Part shown: piece after piece, positions 22,704 through 37,445 of the stretch
Layout: each line of letters starts with the position of its first letter
Position numbering within the stretch: position 1 is the stretch's first letter
From: Ptychomitrium polyphyllum
Taxonomy: Eukaryota
Length of the DNA stretch: 64,000 bases
Direction of reading: 5' to 3'
NCBI GenBank assembly: GCA_973851085.1
Contig: OZ316775.1
Span: 11,594,001 to 11,658,000 of the forward strand
Translations under genes and position numbers: made by a program
Notes under the pieces: model-generated
Databases searched by the model: none
The model's input: the letters and a program-made list of their open reading frames with translations, nothing else
Told to the model about the DNA's origin: nothing

Positions 22704-24820
22704 TCAGGTCTGCACTATATCACGAGAAACCACTTCAATGTGTTCATTTTTGTTTTCGATATTTTGCGTTACATGTGACTTCACCGACCTCTCCTTGAAC
22801 ATCAATCCAGATGTTTGGTCAAGCTCTGTCATCAGGTTCCAAGATCCTGTACTGACTGGAGATTCTAATGTTTCTCTAAACACTTCACGCTTCGCTTTTG
22901 TGTAAGCACAATAGCATACAACATTTACTGATACTTCTGGTTTTAGATCCATAAATGACACTTTTATTCCTTCTCCTGCAAGTTCCCAGAATTGTGATTT
23001 TGAGACCAGTAACAGCAGAGACCCTTCGCTTAGCATGCTCCTAGAGAGTTTAAAATGAAAGTGGAACCCCTCACGAGTAGCTTAACTCAAAGCACAATGT
23101 ACAAACTAGCACCTGAATTACCAACTGCAAACAAATCCGGAATGATTTGAACCTTATCATTGGCAATTTCATGTCTATCTTGGTAATTTACATTTAATGA
23201 ATAGCACAACAGAAAAGCAAACCATGCTAACACGAAGTATGTCATAGCTTACCATGAGAGATGCACAATATGTCGTCATGAGGAAACTCGTCAGCAACTT
23301 TGTAGAAAGTATTGAGATAACGGCTACGTCCATCCTCACGGGTTTCACCCCAATCTGGTAACTGTAGTAGAAATTAAAGCGTTTTAAACGTGACAAATAT
23401 ACTCTTCATACGTCTTTAACATAAAAGCTTTTACACATTGTAGAGTCCATTTTGAAAGCAGAATAACGTTTCAGAAGACGCTAAAGTCTTCATACCAGTT
23501 ATTTGGATGCATGTGTGTATTTACTTGACTAGCACACCATTATAGAGAATCAGCAAGTTGTTTTAACCATACTAAAATGATGTCCGAGGCAATTGAAACA
23601 TTACACAAGAATTTGAATACAAAAAGCTTTGCACCAAATCTAGTTTATGAAAAAAAAGCCGACTCCCTTCCAGCGATAGCTACACAAAATAAAAGTCATT
23701 TTGCAAATCTCTAGTCCTCTCAAATCAAGACTCATTCGAGACTCGTCAAACAACAAACCTTCGAAATGATTTCTCACCTTACGAAAAACTGGCTGCACTG
23801 AGACATCCACCACTTCGGTTGGAAGTTCAGAGAAGAGCTTATCTAAAGGCAGATTCCAAAGCTCAACATTCTGAGGATCAGCAGGGGGATACCAAATTGT
23901 TCGGTTGTTCATGAGCTCGGACAACCCATACTCTATGGAAACCTGTTCTCCAAAGACAAAACAGATAGAACTCAAGTCACAAAACATACAATAACCAGCC
24001 ATAATCGTGATCTCCTCAGGCACAAATTACATGACAAAGTATCTTTGTAACCAACACTATCACTTTTTCCATGCCGAAGCTTCCTTGAGTCTAAGCAAAC
24101 CTAAGCTTAATTGAGCCAGTGTTGTATGTTGATAAATTCATTGCTTCAATTCTCCAACTTCAAATCACTGAAAAATAGCTTTGAAAACAACGACATGAGA
24201 CTATTGCAGAATTGACGCAAAAATAAGACAAAGGAGAAGAAGGCTGGTAAAGAAAGACACAACCTATTGGAGTTTCAAGACTTTCGGGTTACATTTTTTA
24301 ATCTTGTGAAGCTCTCCCTGACTTCCAAAATCACAAGATCATTGCATGGGAACGCTGGACATATTGAACTAACTTGATCACAAATTTTTGGAGTAAGAAG
24401 AAACTAAGCATTTAAATGCAAAATGGATTCGCTATAAACTGTTCAATGTTGGACCATAGTGGTTTGCTTCCAAGACGAAATGCTTTAAGCAGAAATTGGA
24501 TCACTGACCTTGAGTTTCGAGATGTCGGATCCTTCGGGATACATCCCCTTGATAAACCCTGCTGCGGTCTGCACGCACCGCAAAAACGGCGAAACGAAGA
24601 TGCGAGAGATCAGAATACCCTCACTCCGCATCTTCTCCCCGGCGCTCCTGGCTTGCTCCACTCCAACCTCAGTCAGAGGCGGATCCCACGTCCGGGCCTC
24701 CACTTCGTAAATCCATTCTCGGTTCACATCGTCCCATCGCTGCCCATGTCGCATCACGAACAGCTTCTGGTTGCGACTCTTGAGTAGTACTCCGTCGCCA
24801 TTCACGTCTGAAATCGCCAT
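22704..24820 (-). CDS. Histidine phosphatase / phosphoglycerate mutase-like protein
   Basis: Exons 24820-24509, 23942-23778, 23361-23253, 22975-22704 (3' end uncertain). VMRHGQRWD, WDPPLT..G, SPFLRCVQTA, SIEYGLSE, ILCISHGEG. Confidence 0.85.
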
Positions 24821-26335
24821 GGTCGGGAGTTAATCATAACCCACTCGAATTCAACTTTCTTCCACAGCAATTAGATACTAGTACCAGATCACTCCAGCTC
24901 GTATAACAGTTCGAAAATGTCACAAGCTCAACGTTGGATGTGATGTTATATAACAATGCGATTCTTCACGATTACATCTCCATTCAACTGCACATGTACG
25001 CTTACCTCGATGTTGGCTAACAACTACGCGTGTTACCCATGTCGGGTGCCCGACAAGAACTACGGCTAACAAATACACACGGTGATATGCACGGTACTGA
25101 TCAGATCGGTCAACAGACAAATACATGGATTGATTGTACGCCATAGAGTGGTTGTTCCGAGAGATTGTCCGCAAACCGCGTCGATGAAAACAGTCGGGAC
25201 TTTGTCCGTCAGCGTCCACTGGGAATTTGGAAACCAGCCTCAGTCGGTTAATTTGAAGTTCAACTACAAGCCATCTACGCTCCCCTTAATTACGCAGACG
25301 CAGGTACGGAGAAATCGATAACGCTGATCCGTTCAGATTTCACTCCGAAGCTCAAACCATAGAGATAGCCAGGAAAAAAACGCCGTTTGCAGTTCTAGCG
25401 TACTGTAGATCAAAGCTGTAGACTTCAATTCACCAATTCCAGAAAGATCTCATGGTACGGTTATTCATGGGGCAATATTGTACATTAAATTGAAAACAGA
25501 TGAGGAGCTCTCGAGAGGAAGGCTTTAAGAGGAGTCCTTCATGTGCTCTCAAGGCTTTGAGAACGACCACGACTCGTATGTTGTTCCTAGCAAGCCAATT
25601 TTGGCCTTGAAACAGGAAGCCGCCTTTAGTCGGCAGATTGAGAACAGGAGAACTGTAGGACATCTGTAGTAGCAGGGCCAGGCCAAGCATGGACGAGATC
25701 CGACAAGAGCAATTTTGCAGTTGACGACATGCCTTTTTTAAGATATTGCTGCAGAACTCCTTGTTCACCAGATGCGCAAATATCAGTGAGAACAATCTGA
25801 GATACATTACATCTTCCTTCTACAGTAATCAAACTGCAAGGACTATAAATCTCTCTGATTACGCCGGATTCACGATGTCCTTCCAAGGAGCAAGCTTTGC
25901 AATCTACTACTGACATGTGTAGAGCAAATTCTGAGACACGCTAGACTTGACGAACACAAACCACCAGCTTCTCCGCCAATCATTAACTCGTCAAGTTGAA
26001 ACAGACAATAGGGGTATTCTTTCACTAAACTAGGACAACACTTCTTCACTCTTGGCCTGTGTTATACAAAAATTCCTGAATTGTGAAAGCGCTCGTTGGC
26101 TTCAACCACATGCCTAGTATGTAAAATCACGCACTCTGAAAGCACATAAGCTTTAGGGACAAACATTAAGATCTCCATGGGAGACAGAAACAAGGACTTC
26201 GTTGATGTTACAAACTCACTAGCCTCTGAAAATGCAGATCTACATTCGATGTGAAGCCCTAGGAAATTCTATGCCTCGTTCAATGACGACTTTCCTTCAA
26301 CGTCTTCTTCCCTGAAAAGTCTTGCCTCCGGTTCT

Positions 26336-26787
26336 TCATGAACAGTTTTTCTCTTCAACCACAGGAGAAGCGGAAACTGCAGTTCGTGGAAGTTTGCTGA
26401 TCACGGGGAACTTGATAGGATCTGCGTCTAAGGGTGCATGAATGACAGGAAACTTGAACCCAGTCTTCTGCGCTAGCTGTGAACGAATGGTGTCTTCCAT
26501 GCTACCTGTGAACTCTTCGAAGATCCTACTCTTGCTTTCAAAAAACAACAAACACAAGCATCATTAGTATTCTAGGGTTTGAAGGAGGTAAAATCGTAAG
26601 AACCCAAGCGGTCACAATTGGTAGAACTATTCTGATCACAATTGATAGAATTAAGGCCTGGATGAGAGTAGATTTCTACTGCAATCAAATCAGTTACTAA
26701 CAAAATTCAGAGATTGACTGATCCAGAGATGTTACGAGTGCTTATTTTCTGTCGAAGAAAGGTTGAATTGCTCGTCCTCTTGCTCAT
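26336..26787 (-). CDS. Putative small spliced protein (73 aa) of unknown function
   Basis: ATG 26787 to donor after 26736 joins in frame to acceptor CACAG/26505, giving MSKRTSNSTFLRQKISTRSMEDTIRSQLAQKTGFKFPVIHAPLDADPIKFPVISKLP... The donor is weak and no homology was recognised. Confidence 0.3.
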
Positions 26788-28843
26788 GACATGCGGCTAA
26801 TACCCCAACGCTGTGGCTAACAGTTTCGCTTGCTGTTGAAGAGCTTTCACGCCACGATATGTTTCGTTCTCAGCTCACACTAACGGAGCTTGAGCTCGTT
26901 TCGCAGATTTAGTTTGTCGCAACATATACTCTAGCAGATTGAAATCTGTAAGCAAAGAAAAAATAGCATGAAACCCTGATACGTTCCGCAGCCTAAACCC
27001 AGAACTGAAGAACCAGAAAACACATTCTGAGAAACAGGATTTAAGAACGAGAAGAATTGAAGCCTGAGGCAGTGAATGAACCTCTTCGTACTCACCAGAA
27101 ACGTAAATATTGTCGCAAAACTCCGCCAAGGGCACGACCGCCGAGATGCCACCCTTGCAACTGCATCTCAATAAGCTCACCTACTCTTCAAAAAATGCCA
27201 CTGAAACCCTTTGTAAGCTCTACAGTATCCGACAGAGTTCGAAGGAACTCGAAATACCCTCGGTAGCGAGCTCCAAGGTAACAAAACCACAGAAACCTCT
27301 GACTCCATCGCTTACATCAAAACAAACGACTGCAACCGTCACGGCAGACTCTTCGCCTTGAGAAGCTAAATTGAAGATCATTCAGGACTTCATGAGAGGG
27401 CCCACTGCCATGGGACTGTTCGAGAATCGACCGCCGTCCAGACGATGGTGGTCGCGTGCAATGCATGCAAATCTGTCGATGAGGATCGAGATAGGTTCAG
27501 CTTTCGAAGACTCGAGTTGCACCATGGCAGACTGGCCCATGGCGGCCGTGGGACCGTCGACGAGAGGCGACCGTGGCCATCGATTCAGATCGTTATCCCC
27601 ACATGGTAGATGCTGTCGTAACGTGGGCAGACTATTCTCAGCTTTATCTAGAAGTGTCACATTCGCAACCAAGTGAACTTTCTTCGCGCAGTGTGGCCTT
27701 GCTTACCATGTGGAGCAAGGGGCGACGAGATGATAACTTACTCGAAGGAGAACTCTCGGACATGCTGGAAAGCCAGCCACTGTCACGATGACGGTGCTTA
27801 TAGAAAATAATGCGAGCTCGCCATCTTTGCGTTTGTTTAAGCTCCAAGGTTTCCAACCTGATGCGCGGTTGCCACTCCGGCAAGCAAACTTGTAGCAACA
27901 GGAGGCGCCTTTCTCTGGGGAAGCGAGCATTGATTGTGCACGTGCATTTTGCATAGTCTGCGCAGGAGGCATTATCACCCCGGACGTTTCTTTTGGGACG
28001 AGTTTCCGTGCAATCTTCGCATCGTGAGTAACTTATCTTCCTCTCCTGCTTGCACTTTGCGGAGCGCTCTGTGAGTCTTTCGTCAGCAAATGTACTCAAA
28101 TTGTCAGTGACTCGACTGTTGGAGCTGCGAACTCACAGTGGGCACTCTAGTTTCGTTTTCCCTGAGCGTCGTAGGGTTCTAGTTCTATAGATTGACCTCG
28201 CAATTGCATTTTATGGGAGACGTTGTTTGTGCAGCTTAACCGCACATCTGCAATGACTCCTCGTTGATTGCATTTATGAATTCTCGGGTAACATCTATTC
28301 GTCCAGGTGTGCTTTTCTGCCTTCCATCAATGGAATGCTTTAGGGTTTTTGGTTCTTGGTTAGTTTTCCATTGTGTGCTGCGTACTCGATTGGGTCGAAG
28401 TTTTCTCATGGAGTATATTGCCGGCTTTGGTTGATTCAAATTCTCGAATCTTTACGACACCGCTTTCAGTTCAACCTTCGAGTTTTGCTCCTATTGACAA
28501 CTGAATTGCAGCGATTCGGGATAGTAGCAATATGCAACTGAAAATTTTCTCTTCCTCTGCTTGAAATCGAGCAAGAAGATCACAGCTCTGCTACTTTGGT
28601 TATTTGCATTCCAATAGAAACTTTGCGTTTTCTATTTTGTTTCCAGCATGGAGGGTTATTTACCTCAATCCAATTTCAAATCTTTGGTTAATTCGAGGGA
28701 TTGCATGGAGGGCATGATGCAATTCTACTACCGTTTCGGCTGCTGCTGTACTGAGGCGGAGTGTTCAAATTGTTTCTTCCGATGATGTCAGGGTCTCTTT
28801 TTGAAGACGAAGCGTTTCACAATTCTACTGCAAGCTCGGAGCG

Positions 28844-31800
28844 ATGGAGCGCATTCAAGCATTGGCAAGAGTTTATCATGGAGGAAGTCAAGTTCACGCC
28901 AGTTTGCTGCAGCTAGGACAGTGTAGCCCTAATTTTTCTAGGTACAGAGTTTCTCCTATCAGGCTTCCTTCCTTGATCATACACACGCAAACAATCCTCA
29001 GAAACCACCGGCACGACCCGAAGTTCAACCAATGCCGGAAGGATAGGGTGGGGTGTTCAGAATCGAGCATTACGGAGACCTCCACTCAAGCGGGAATCGA
29101 AGTAGTGCAATCCCTAGAAGAGGCCGAGAATCAGTCTCTCAAAGCGGTATCTGGAGACAACCGTCCCGAAGGAGATACTGGGTCTGTTACTGAGAAAGAT
29201 GATCATGTCAGCACGATACAAGCAGCATTGGAAGAGATTTTATCCGGGGAGGAGAGCGCAGAGAATAATCAATTTCATTCCTTGGAGCACGAGGCTGTGA
29301 TGGTAGCGGCAACCAAAGTGGCCGAAGCATTGGGCGACTCTGACGAAGAGGTAAACGTTGTCTCCTTCCCTCTCTTAGAACCTCTCTCGCCCATGGGAGC
29401 TGCTGTGGTCACAGTGTGGCCTGAAGCCCTAGCAGAGGCTGTTGAGGAAGTAGCACCGCACGCTGAAGAGGTTGGATTCATGGTGCACACGGAAGAACCT
29501 GAGCATTTTGCCCCACTACCTGAAGCGAGTTCTGTGGTGGAAGAGAAGGAAGAGGACGGTGTGGAAGAGGCATTGGTAGAGGAGGAGCCCTTGCTAGAGC
29601 CTGGTGCAGTTGCGTCTGCTCTTATGGTGAAGGAGGTAGCAGATGCATTGAAATTCCCGGAGGAGGATACAGTGTCACACATGCTTGAGAAGGAGACTGA
29701 GGTTGAAAGGCTTCAGAGCGCTGAGGACAAATCGTTGATAGAACAATTGAAAGACATCGTTGTGTTTGCAGGTCCTGCCTTGGGAATCTGGCTTTCAGGC
29801 CCAATCATGGGCATCATTGACACAGCTGTGATTGGTCAGAGTAGCTCTCTGGAACTTGCTGCTCTTGGTGAGTGTGGTGTTGTGCGGTTTTTTCAAGTTC
29901 TTCGAATTCTAATCTGAATGTTCTCCAGGTCAAGTGAGGCTAGTATAAATATGGAGAAAGATTGAAAAGTTCTATGATCGGAGTAGTCTACATCAGAGGG
30001 TGTCTTCACACAATTAATATGCAGACAATGTTCTTACACAAAAGTGTTTTGCAAACACCCAGCCTGTAAACGGAGAAGTTCTGGGTCACATGTTCTCCTG
30101 TTGGTTTGCAGGTCCAGGAACCGTCTTATGTGATCAAGTGTGCTACGTGTTTATGTTTCTGTCGGTCGCAACCTCCAATTTGGTCGCCACTTCTCTTGCT
30201 CATAAGGTTGATACCTCTACAGCACAAAAGAATCCTGAGTTTTACTGCTTGAACATTCAATTTCATTGGTGTCACTGGAAATAGGGTGTTTGTTTCGTAC
30301 GTTAACAATGTTTCCGTTTTGCAGAACAAGGACGAGGCAGCACAGCATCTTTCTCGGATGCTATTCTTGGCCTTGGCCTGTGGTCTCGGCTTGCTGGTTG
30401 TGACAGAAGTTTGGGTGACCGAGCTGCTTCAAGGTACATAACCCTCGAACGGTTTGCACTCTACTCCATAGTCATTCCCCTATCTTGAACATGTTTTTCT
30501 TCTGTTATTGGCATGGGAGTCAAACATGAGCAGTTGTTTCTACGGCCGTTGCCATTTCCCATAACCAAGTTATTGTGTGTTTTTCCAGCTTTTGTTGGAG
30601 CCCAGAACTATGATCTTATACCGGCAGCAAGAGTGTACGTACAGGTATGTAATGATGGACTGAAACATCTGGATTTGATTGCTTTTATTGCGGATTTTTC
30701 ATCACAATGACCAATTAGAACACCAGCGATGTTCCTCTTTGTGACTAAAACCTTGGAAGGCTTCTATAACTAAAGGCGTTGGTTCCTTCATATTAGATCC
30801 GAGCTTTGGCGTGGCCAGCAGTGCTTGTCAGTTTGGTGTCACAAAGTGCCAGGTGAATACTCGTGTCATATATGCATTGAGTATGCTGTATTGCTAATCC
30901 TGGCCCTATCCAAATTTCAGTGATATTTTACGTGCCATGGTTTTCTTGTGCCCAATTTCAGCATGAGCTGGATAATCTCTAATGATTTTATGCTGTTCGC
31001 ACAGCCTTGCAATGATGGATTCCAAAAATCCGTTGAAGGTGTTGATAATTGGAAGCCTTTTCAACTTGGTGGGGGATGTCGTTCTTTGTTCATTCCTCGG
31101 TTATGGTATCGCAGGGGCGGCATGGGCTACTATAGCTGCTCAGGTAGGTCACAAGTTAAGAAATGACACTGATCCAGCTGCCTGGTATTCATCTACTGAG
31201 AGTATTGTAGAGTTTCATACAGTAATTTACATTTTACTCCCGAGTACTTATGTCAGTTTGATGTAGCGACCTGATCTAGAACTTGACAAAGGAAGAGAAC
31301 ACCTCAGCTTCACGATGAAACCTTCAAATGTTTCTCTTATTACAGTAGTTTGGAGCATCCTCTGCACTTGGATCTTCTTCTTTTGTTGGTAATTTGTAGA
31401 TTCTTCTCATTCTTTTAGTACACTCTTTTTTGCAGTATGTAGCAGGAATATTGATGGCGTTATCACTTAGCGATAAAGGATACAGTGCTCTCAACATACA
31501 AGTACCATCTTTCAAGGATCTTATAGATATCGCAAAACTAAGCGGTCCACTGATATTGACTATGATATCTAAGGTACACGTTCTTGACAAATCAACCCGG
31601 GCTGTATCTATATATATATGTGTATCATCCACCTCTTTTTCGCGCTCAAGTTGGCAGCAGTTACTGTCCTTTTCTAATGGCTATGTAATTTTCACGTAAA
31701 CTGCTCCAGAGCTTGCCTGTGAGGCTGCAAAGGATGTTAACTCCATGGTGTGTTTCAAGATCAGGCTGTTCTTCTTTTAACCAATCTCAATAATTTGTTT

Positions 31801-33797
31801 CATTACAATGTGTTGTAAATGTTTTTGCAGGTTTCATTTTACACGTTGATTACATATCTAGCAACATCTCTGGGAGCGATCACTGTGGCAGCTCATCAGG
31901 TCCGTTTTGTGAAAAACACTCATGGATTTAATATCTCAAGCTGTAGCATGTCCGCAATACAATCTCTCCATTAATAATATTTCTATATCCTTTCGTCTTC
32001 AATTGACGCTTATATGAGTTTCAACACCTCTGCGAGTTTTTTAAACTGAATGATACTTTACTGATTCTCCTATTCCCTACGTCACTGAGATTCGTAATCA
32101 TAATATTTTGTATCGCCATCGTAAGCATTGTATCATTTGGTCTTATTTGAGCATTCAGTTGTCAATACTCAACATGGTTATGTGAATCAGGTGATGGTTG
32201 GAATTTATGGTCTTTGCTGTGTTTGGGGAGAACCTCTAGCTCAAACGGCGCAATCTTTCATGCCTCCTCTTCTGTATGGTTCACAAAAGAATTTGAAGCA
32301 GGTGAGGTGAAATCTACTTTTACAAGTTCAAAATATAAAGTAATCCGACGTAGGTAACTCCTTTTCAGTGTCTTCCATGGATGACAGCTAAAGCGATTAT
32401 TCTTTTGGAGTATACTCTGTTGTCCTAGACGATCCAATTTCAAAAGGCTGAAAATTAAGAACAGGAGAATTATGTCATGTACAATTTTCCAAATTCTTTG
32501 TGGATTCTTCAAGGAAAGCAATTTGCTATTATATGATGTTAAGGGTCTAACTATCGTCCTCTCTTTCTTAGGCACGGAAACTGCTCAAACAACTGCTGTA
32601 CATAGGAGTGGCGGTCGGAACATTTGTGGGTGGCCTCGCAATTGCCATACCTTGGCTTTGCCCTCGCGTCTTTACTGCTGACGCTGCTATCATTTCCCAG
32701 GTCTGCATCTTCCCTTTAGCCATCTTAGTAAGTTTTTGGAATGCACCATATTTTCATGTTTCGAACCTCTAAATCTTGGACCCAAGAATTTTGGCTTTTG
32801 TTCACTTGTTCAGATTACTTGGGTTCATAGTTAGGCATTTAAGTATTGCCACTTAGAATTGGGCAGTAGAACGAGCCATCAGATTGTACCACCTTAAAAA
32901 ATACGAGGGAATTATGCACACAGCTAAATTTACGCAGTTGTATACCTACATGTGTGTAGATGCAAGCTGTAACACTTCCATTTCTGGTCAGCATGATCTC
33001 GTGTCCCCCCTCGCTAGCTTTGGAGGGCACTCTCTTGGTAAGACTTCCATTTTTTTCGCTCCTCATTTTAGTTGTGATTCTGCTCCCTTAGTGGTGTTAA
33101 TTTCACTTGTATCTTTCATGTACTGATCAGGAGTTAGTTCCTGTGGGTACAAATCTTCAATTGGTCCATCTAGCATGTGATTGAAGGCTCACAAGCTAGG
33201 TGAGTCATAAAAGGGTAGTGGTCTTTGAGGTAAAGCCTCTGTAACTGACAATAGTAAAGCGATATTGCAGGCTGGAAGAGACTTCAGCTTTCTGAGCTTT
33301 AGTATGACGGCATGCTTCATTGGTGGAACAGCTCTGCTCTTGGTATGAGTGCTTGTCACTACTCTTGTGTAATACTCCAAGCACCCTAACAGTATTTCGT
33401 GGATACAATCAATACTAGCTCTGGCATGTAATATGAGTTTCGACACACGTGTGCAGACTTGCAAGGTGCTCAACTGGGGACTGACAGGAAGTTGGTGGAC
33501 GCTGGCTGCTTTTCAATGGGTAAAGGATCATCCTTACCATTTTCAACTTTCGTTCAAGCCCTTGTGTAGATCCTTTTGTATGGCCCAAAAGTTAGTTCTA
33601 GTCCACATTACCATATGTCATGATCACCTAAGTATGAACAAGGATAATCTAGTAGCGACTATTTCTATGGCTAACAATAAACATATCCATCTGTTCTGTA
33701 GGCTCGGTTTTTCTTGGCTTTTGCACGCCTATATTCCCCAAGCAGTTGTTTGGCCGACACAAGTTCTGATACAACCTTACGACCGAAGACAGCTTGA
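28844..33797 (+). CDS. MATE transporter, DTX46/DTX47(EDS5)-like, probably plastidial
   Basis: About 14 exons (first 28844-29867, last 33702-33797). [119 protein letters not shown]. Confidence 0.92.
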
Positions 33798-35281
33798 TAT
33801 GACCACCAAAACGACAATCACCGATTTTTCAAGTTCCCCATTTGGACCTTGAGTTATTAAACCCTACATAGTTTTGTGTTACGTCTATGTATATTATGAC
33901 GTTTTACCCTGTGCACCATTGCACAAGTTTTTCCGGTAGTTAATTTCATAATTCCGTGTTGGTAGAGTTATCAGCCACAAGGCAATTACTGCAACAGCCC
34001 TATTCCACTCAAAGGTATTTGTGTTATCGTTATTTGTTTACCACGTCAGGATTTGTATTTCACCCTCACAAGTTCTGTTAAATCTTTTCGACATCCTAGA
34101 TCAAGCATAAACGTGCTTATAAACAGGAAGTGTTCAAGCAGAATTAGTACCATGTCCTGGAAAAACTGAGTTTGTGTATCATACACAATAAAGTCTGCAG
34201 CAAAGGCTTTGCTGTACTTGTATTTTACCGACTCTGTACCATCCTGTGTTCTACTCAGGGACCAAAATCCAGCTCAACAAGCGTTTCTAAATGATCCAGC
34301 CACAATGAAGAAAAGTGCCGCCCATCATTGTTGCCAATCAGCACGCAAACAAGTGCTTCCCTTTTCACTAATATTTGCCATGTCCTCTCACTTCTGAGAG
34401 GCAGTTAGTCCTTCCACAGGTAAGCAGCGATTATGTAGGAATTTAAAGCATATGGGAACGTTCCAAAAATGGAATTACTCGATAATAGACGGTTAACTGC
34501 ACAACGGTTGGTAATATAACATGGACATAACGTACACAAGTGTTCAATTGCAAACAGCTGCCAACGTGAAGTGATTGATCACATCCATAAGAAATTCACT
34601 GTAAAATGAAGAGCACAATTTTCAATGAATTAGACATAGGCACTATGATAAGCTCTACCATCAAGGAAGACTCGTTGAATGGAAAAAAAAATTACATCCT
34701 CACTCCAAAGTATCAAAATTTGCATTCGCTACATAAGTGCATTACCTGTAAGTAGATTGTAACAGAGCAAGGACAAATTATCACTCTGGGTACAATATCT
34801 TTAATGTATTGCTGGATAACTGGATAGGTGTATGGATTTTAAAGGTGGAGGTCATAGGTTAATTCCCTAGCATAGAATCTCAAAAAACTAATATGTGTAT
34901 CTTCAAATGGCATGCATGGTTGGATAAAATGAAAATGAAGTTGTCATTTCTGTCTAGCATGGAGATTCTATAACCTAAGACTTGTCTGAAGCCAATGAAG
35001 CTAAGATTAAGTATATGCAACCAAAAAGGGATGGTAGAATATTCTTAGGATGAAAGATGGAAAATGATTGTTCATTCCACCATTAATTCACGTTTTCATT
35101 TATCAATCCAAGGATATAGAATCATTTTTGTATATTTCAAAGGTGAAAAATAGATAATAAAAATTGTAAATGAAGATATAGGATAAAAATATATTAATTA
35201 ATAAATTTAAAACTGTCATAAAGTAATATTTGCATTCACTTACACAATATACCATTTAATGTATGTAGGCAGAAATTTAAT

Positions 35282-35419
35282 TTCACAAAACTCCAATCTT
35301 GGCTCTTAACACATCCCGTCCTGATTTACTTTTACTTTTTACGTTTTTTATTCACAAAACTCCAATCTTGGCTCTTAACACATCCCGTCCTGATTTACTT
35401 TTACTTTTTACGTTTTTTA
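35282..35419. repeat. Perfect 69-bp tandem duplication
   Basis: TTCACAAAACTCC...ACGTTTTTTA at 35282-35350 is repeated at 35351-35419. Confidence 0.95.
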
Positions 35420-35853
35420 TTTGTGATGGCTTCCTTGTTATAAATTCATCAACATACATCACTGTTATTGTTGTTGTTTTTCTTTTCGATCAATAAAGTT
35501 TCATCTATTCCATTACATTCTATCATCCATACCACCTCCCTGTTTTAATCCACACTACTAGTTTCTCCATACTGTGATTTAAATTTTCAATCTACGTAAG
35601 AAAAGTCAAATACTCAGTCTTTTCAAGCACCGTTTACACTCAACTCATTCAACACAACTTCTATTTAGGAGACAAATTCATTCAAAAACAGAAAATAACA
35701 AGCATTCATACCCCATATTTGAGTACACTGATTCATAAACATGAGAGGATGTCTCCTTGGTATTCATTTAATTGCAACCCTGTAAGCAGTACAGGAAAAT
35801 GAGCTACCAAGGAACATATGACCAGCGTCAAAACTACTAACGTTGCTGAAAAA

Positions 35854-37445
35854 TTATTTCTTCTCTTCCTTCTCCGCAGCCTCAGCCTTTTTCTTTCGGA
35901 CACCAACCAACCTCTCGTTAGTTCTCTCCTGACGCAGCTTGTAGTATCCCTTCTGTGCCTTCATCTCGTCAGTGATGGAGACGATCTCTGCAGAAGGCCT
36001 TGGCTTTATAATAGGCAGAACAGCACCAGAGAATTGGGTTACGCTAGACAATTCCTCAGCAGATGCGTCTCCAGCCTGCGAAAGTGCACGAGAACAATCA
36101 GAAGCAAGCAGATTAAGAGCAGACTACAGAAAAAGAGCAAGAAATTATTTAAAACCTCGCCAAAGGATGAGTAAAATTATTAACGGGACTGTACTAATCA
36201 ACGCGTTATTGAACTAATGATTCAGATCTCCGTGTTCATATTCACAATTATGTATCAATTCGCCCAACTACAACTGTATGAAACGACTTCACTACAAAGG
36301 TTCCAGTTTATGATTACTGATATGGCAGAAGAATTCAATACTAAATCATCCACCGCATGACGATGAAATCTTTGCAGATTTACTATATTATTATGATGTA
36401 TATGTACCTTGGTCTTTCGGGAGCGTCTTGGGAAGACCACCAACTTAGCCCTGTAGGTGTTAAGCCGGTTCACATTCTCTTGAAGGCTCTCCAAGCACCG
36501 GTTCTTGCGCCTATGATCGACAGCGATACCGATTGTAGGTGCGAGCTTCTTGGAGATTCCTGCAGCCTGAAGCCGGAACTTTAATTGTTAGAGCTTGAGC
36601 AAAAACCCAACAATCAGAACTTTTCCGTATGATGATATCTGTACAGATACGGTTCATATACTGCGAGACCAAGCAATCGTGATTGATACAGTTCACTAAA
36701 TAATACAGGTCATTAATGTCACGAAGCAATCAAAACAATCAAAAACAATAATTCCGAGAGATGTCAATACCTTCAACTCTTCCAAAGTGAAACCACGTCC
36801 AGCACGAATCTTAGCGTTATACCTCAAGGTTTGAGAGTGAACAACAGGGCGAAGAGGGCCGGCAGTAGGTCGGGGGAAGACAGCTACAGCCTTCTTCTGA
36901 CGCACTGCATTCACCAGATCCAATTCAGTATATCGTAAGCTCATCTATTTCAGACAATGAACCACCCGACCATCTTTTCACGATGATAGATTTCCGTAGA
37001 AAACCACGACAAAACATACACTCCAACCGTGAAGTCTATTAAAAGTTAACAAATGCACCTCAGACCAGCAGTACAACCTAGGTGATTATCACGCATAACC
37101 CAATGCGCGTAACACCAGTTCAATGACACGACAGCTAAAGCTCACATCCAGGTCTAACTCCGAACACGTAGTTTAACACATAATCACTCCTCTACACCCT
37201 AGGAATGCCCTAGGGTTTGTGCAACCTTCGCCATTTCAGTTCCCTGCCGACAATGCGAAAGATCCGAAGTGCACCCCAACCTCCCAAACACCCTAATAGA
37301 CTCTCTCCGAAGCGCAAAGAGCAAAGCCATCCATACCCGTTCTTCTTCTCTTCTTGCGGGCGGGCTGGTTGAACCACGTCCTCACATAGGACTGCCAGTC
37401 CTTCTTGAAATGCCCGTTGGGGATGACATTGTTATGCTTCACCAT
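35854..37445 (-). CDS. RPL13: 60S ribosomal protein L13 (eL13)
   Basis: Exons 37445-37337, 36904-36771, 36566-36408, 36075-35854. [82 protein letters not shown]. 5'UTR intron with donor near 37722. Confidence 0.97.

Noticed and set aside
34820..35560. Possible MITE with weak terminal inverted similarity
   Set aside because: The inverted match is too degenerate and no TSD was found.
36076..37336. Intronic box C/D snoRNAs in RPL13 introns
   Set aside because: CTGA and GGATGA-like words occur, but I found no canonical C box with a terminal stem or recognisable rRNA antisense element. snoscan/Infernal would be needed.
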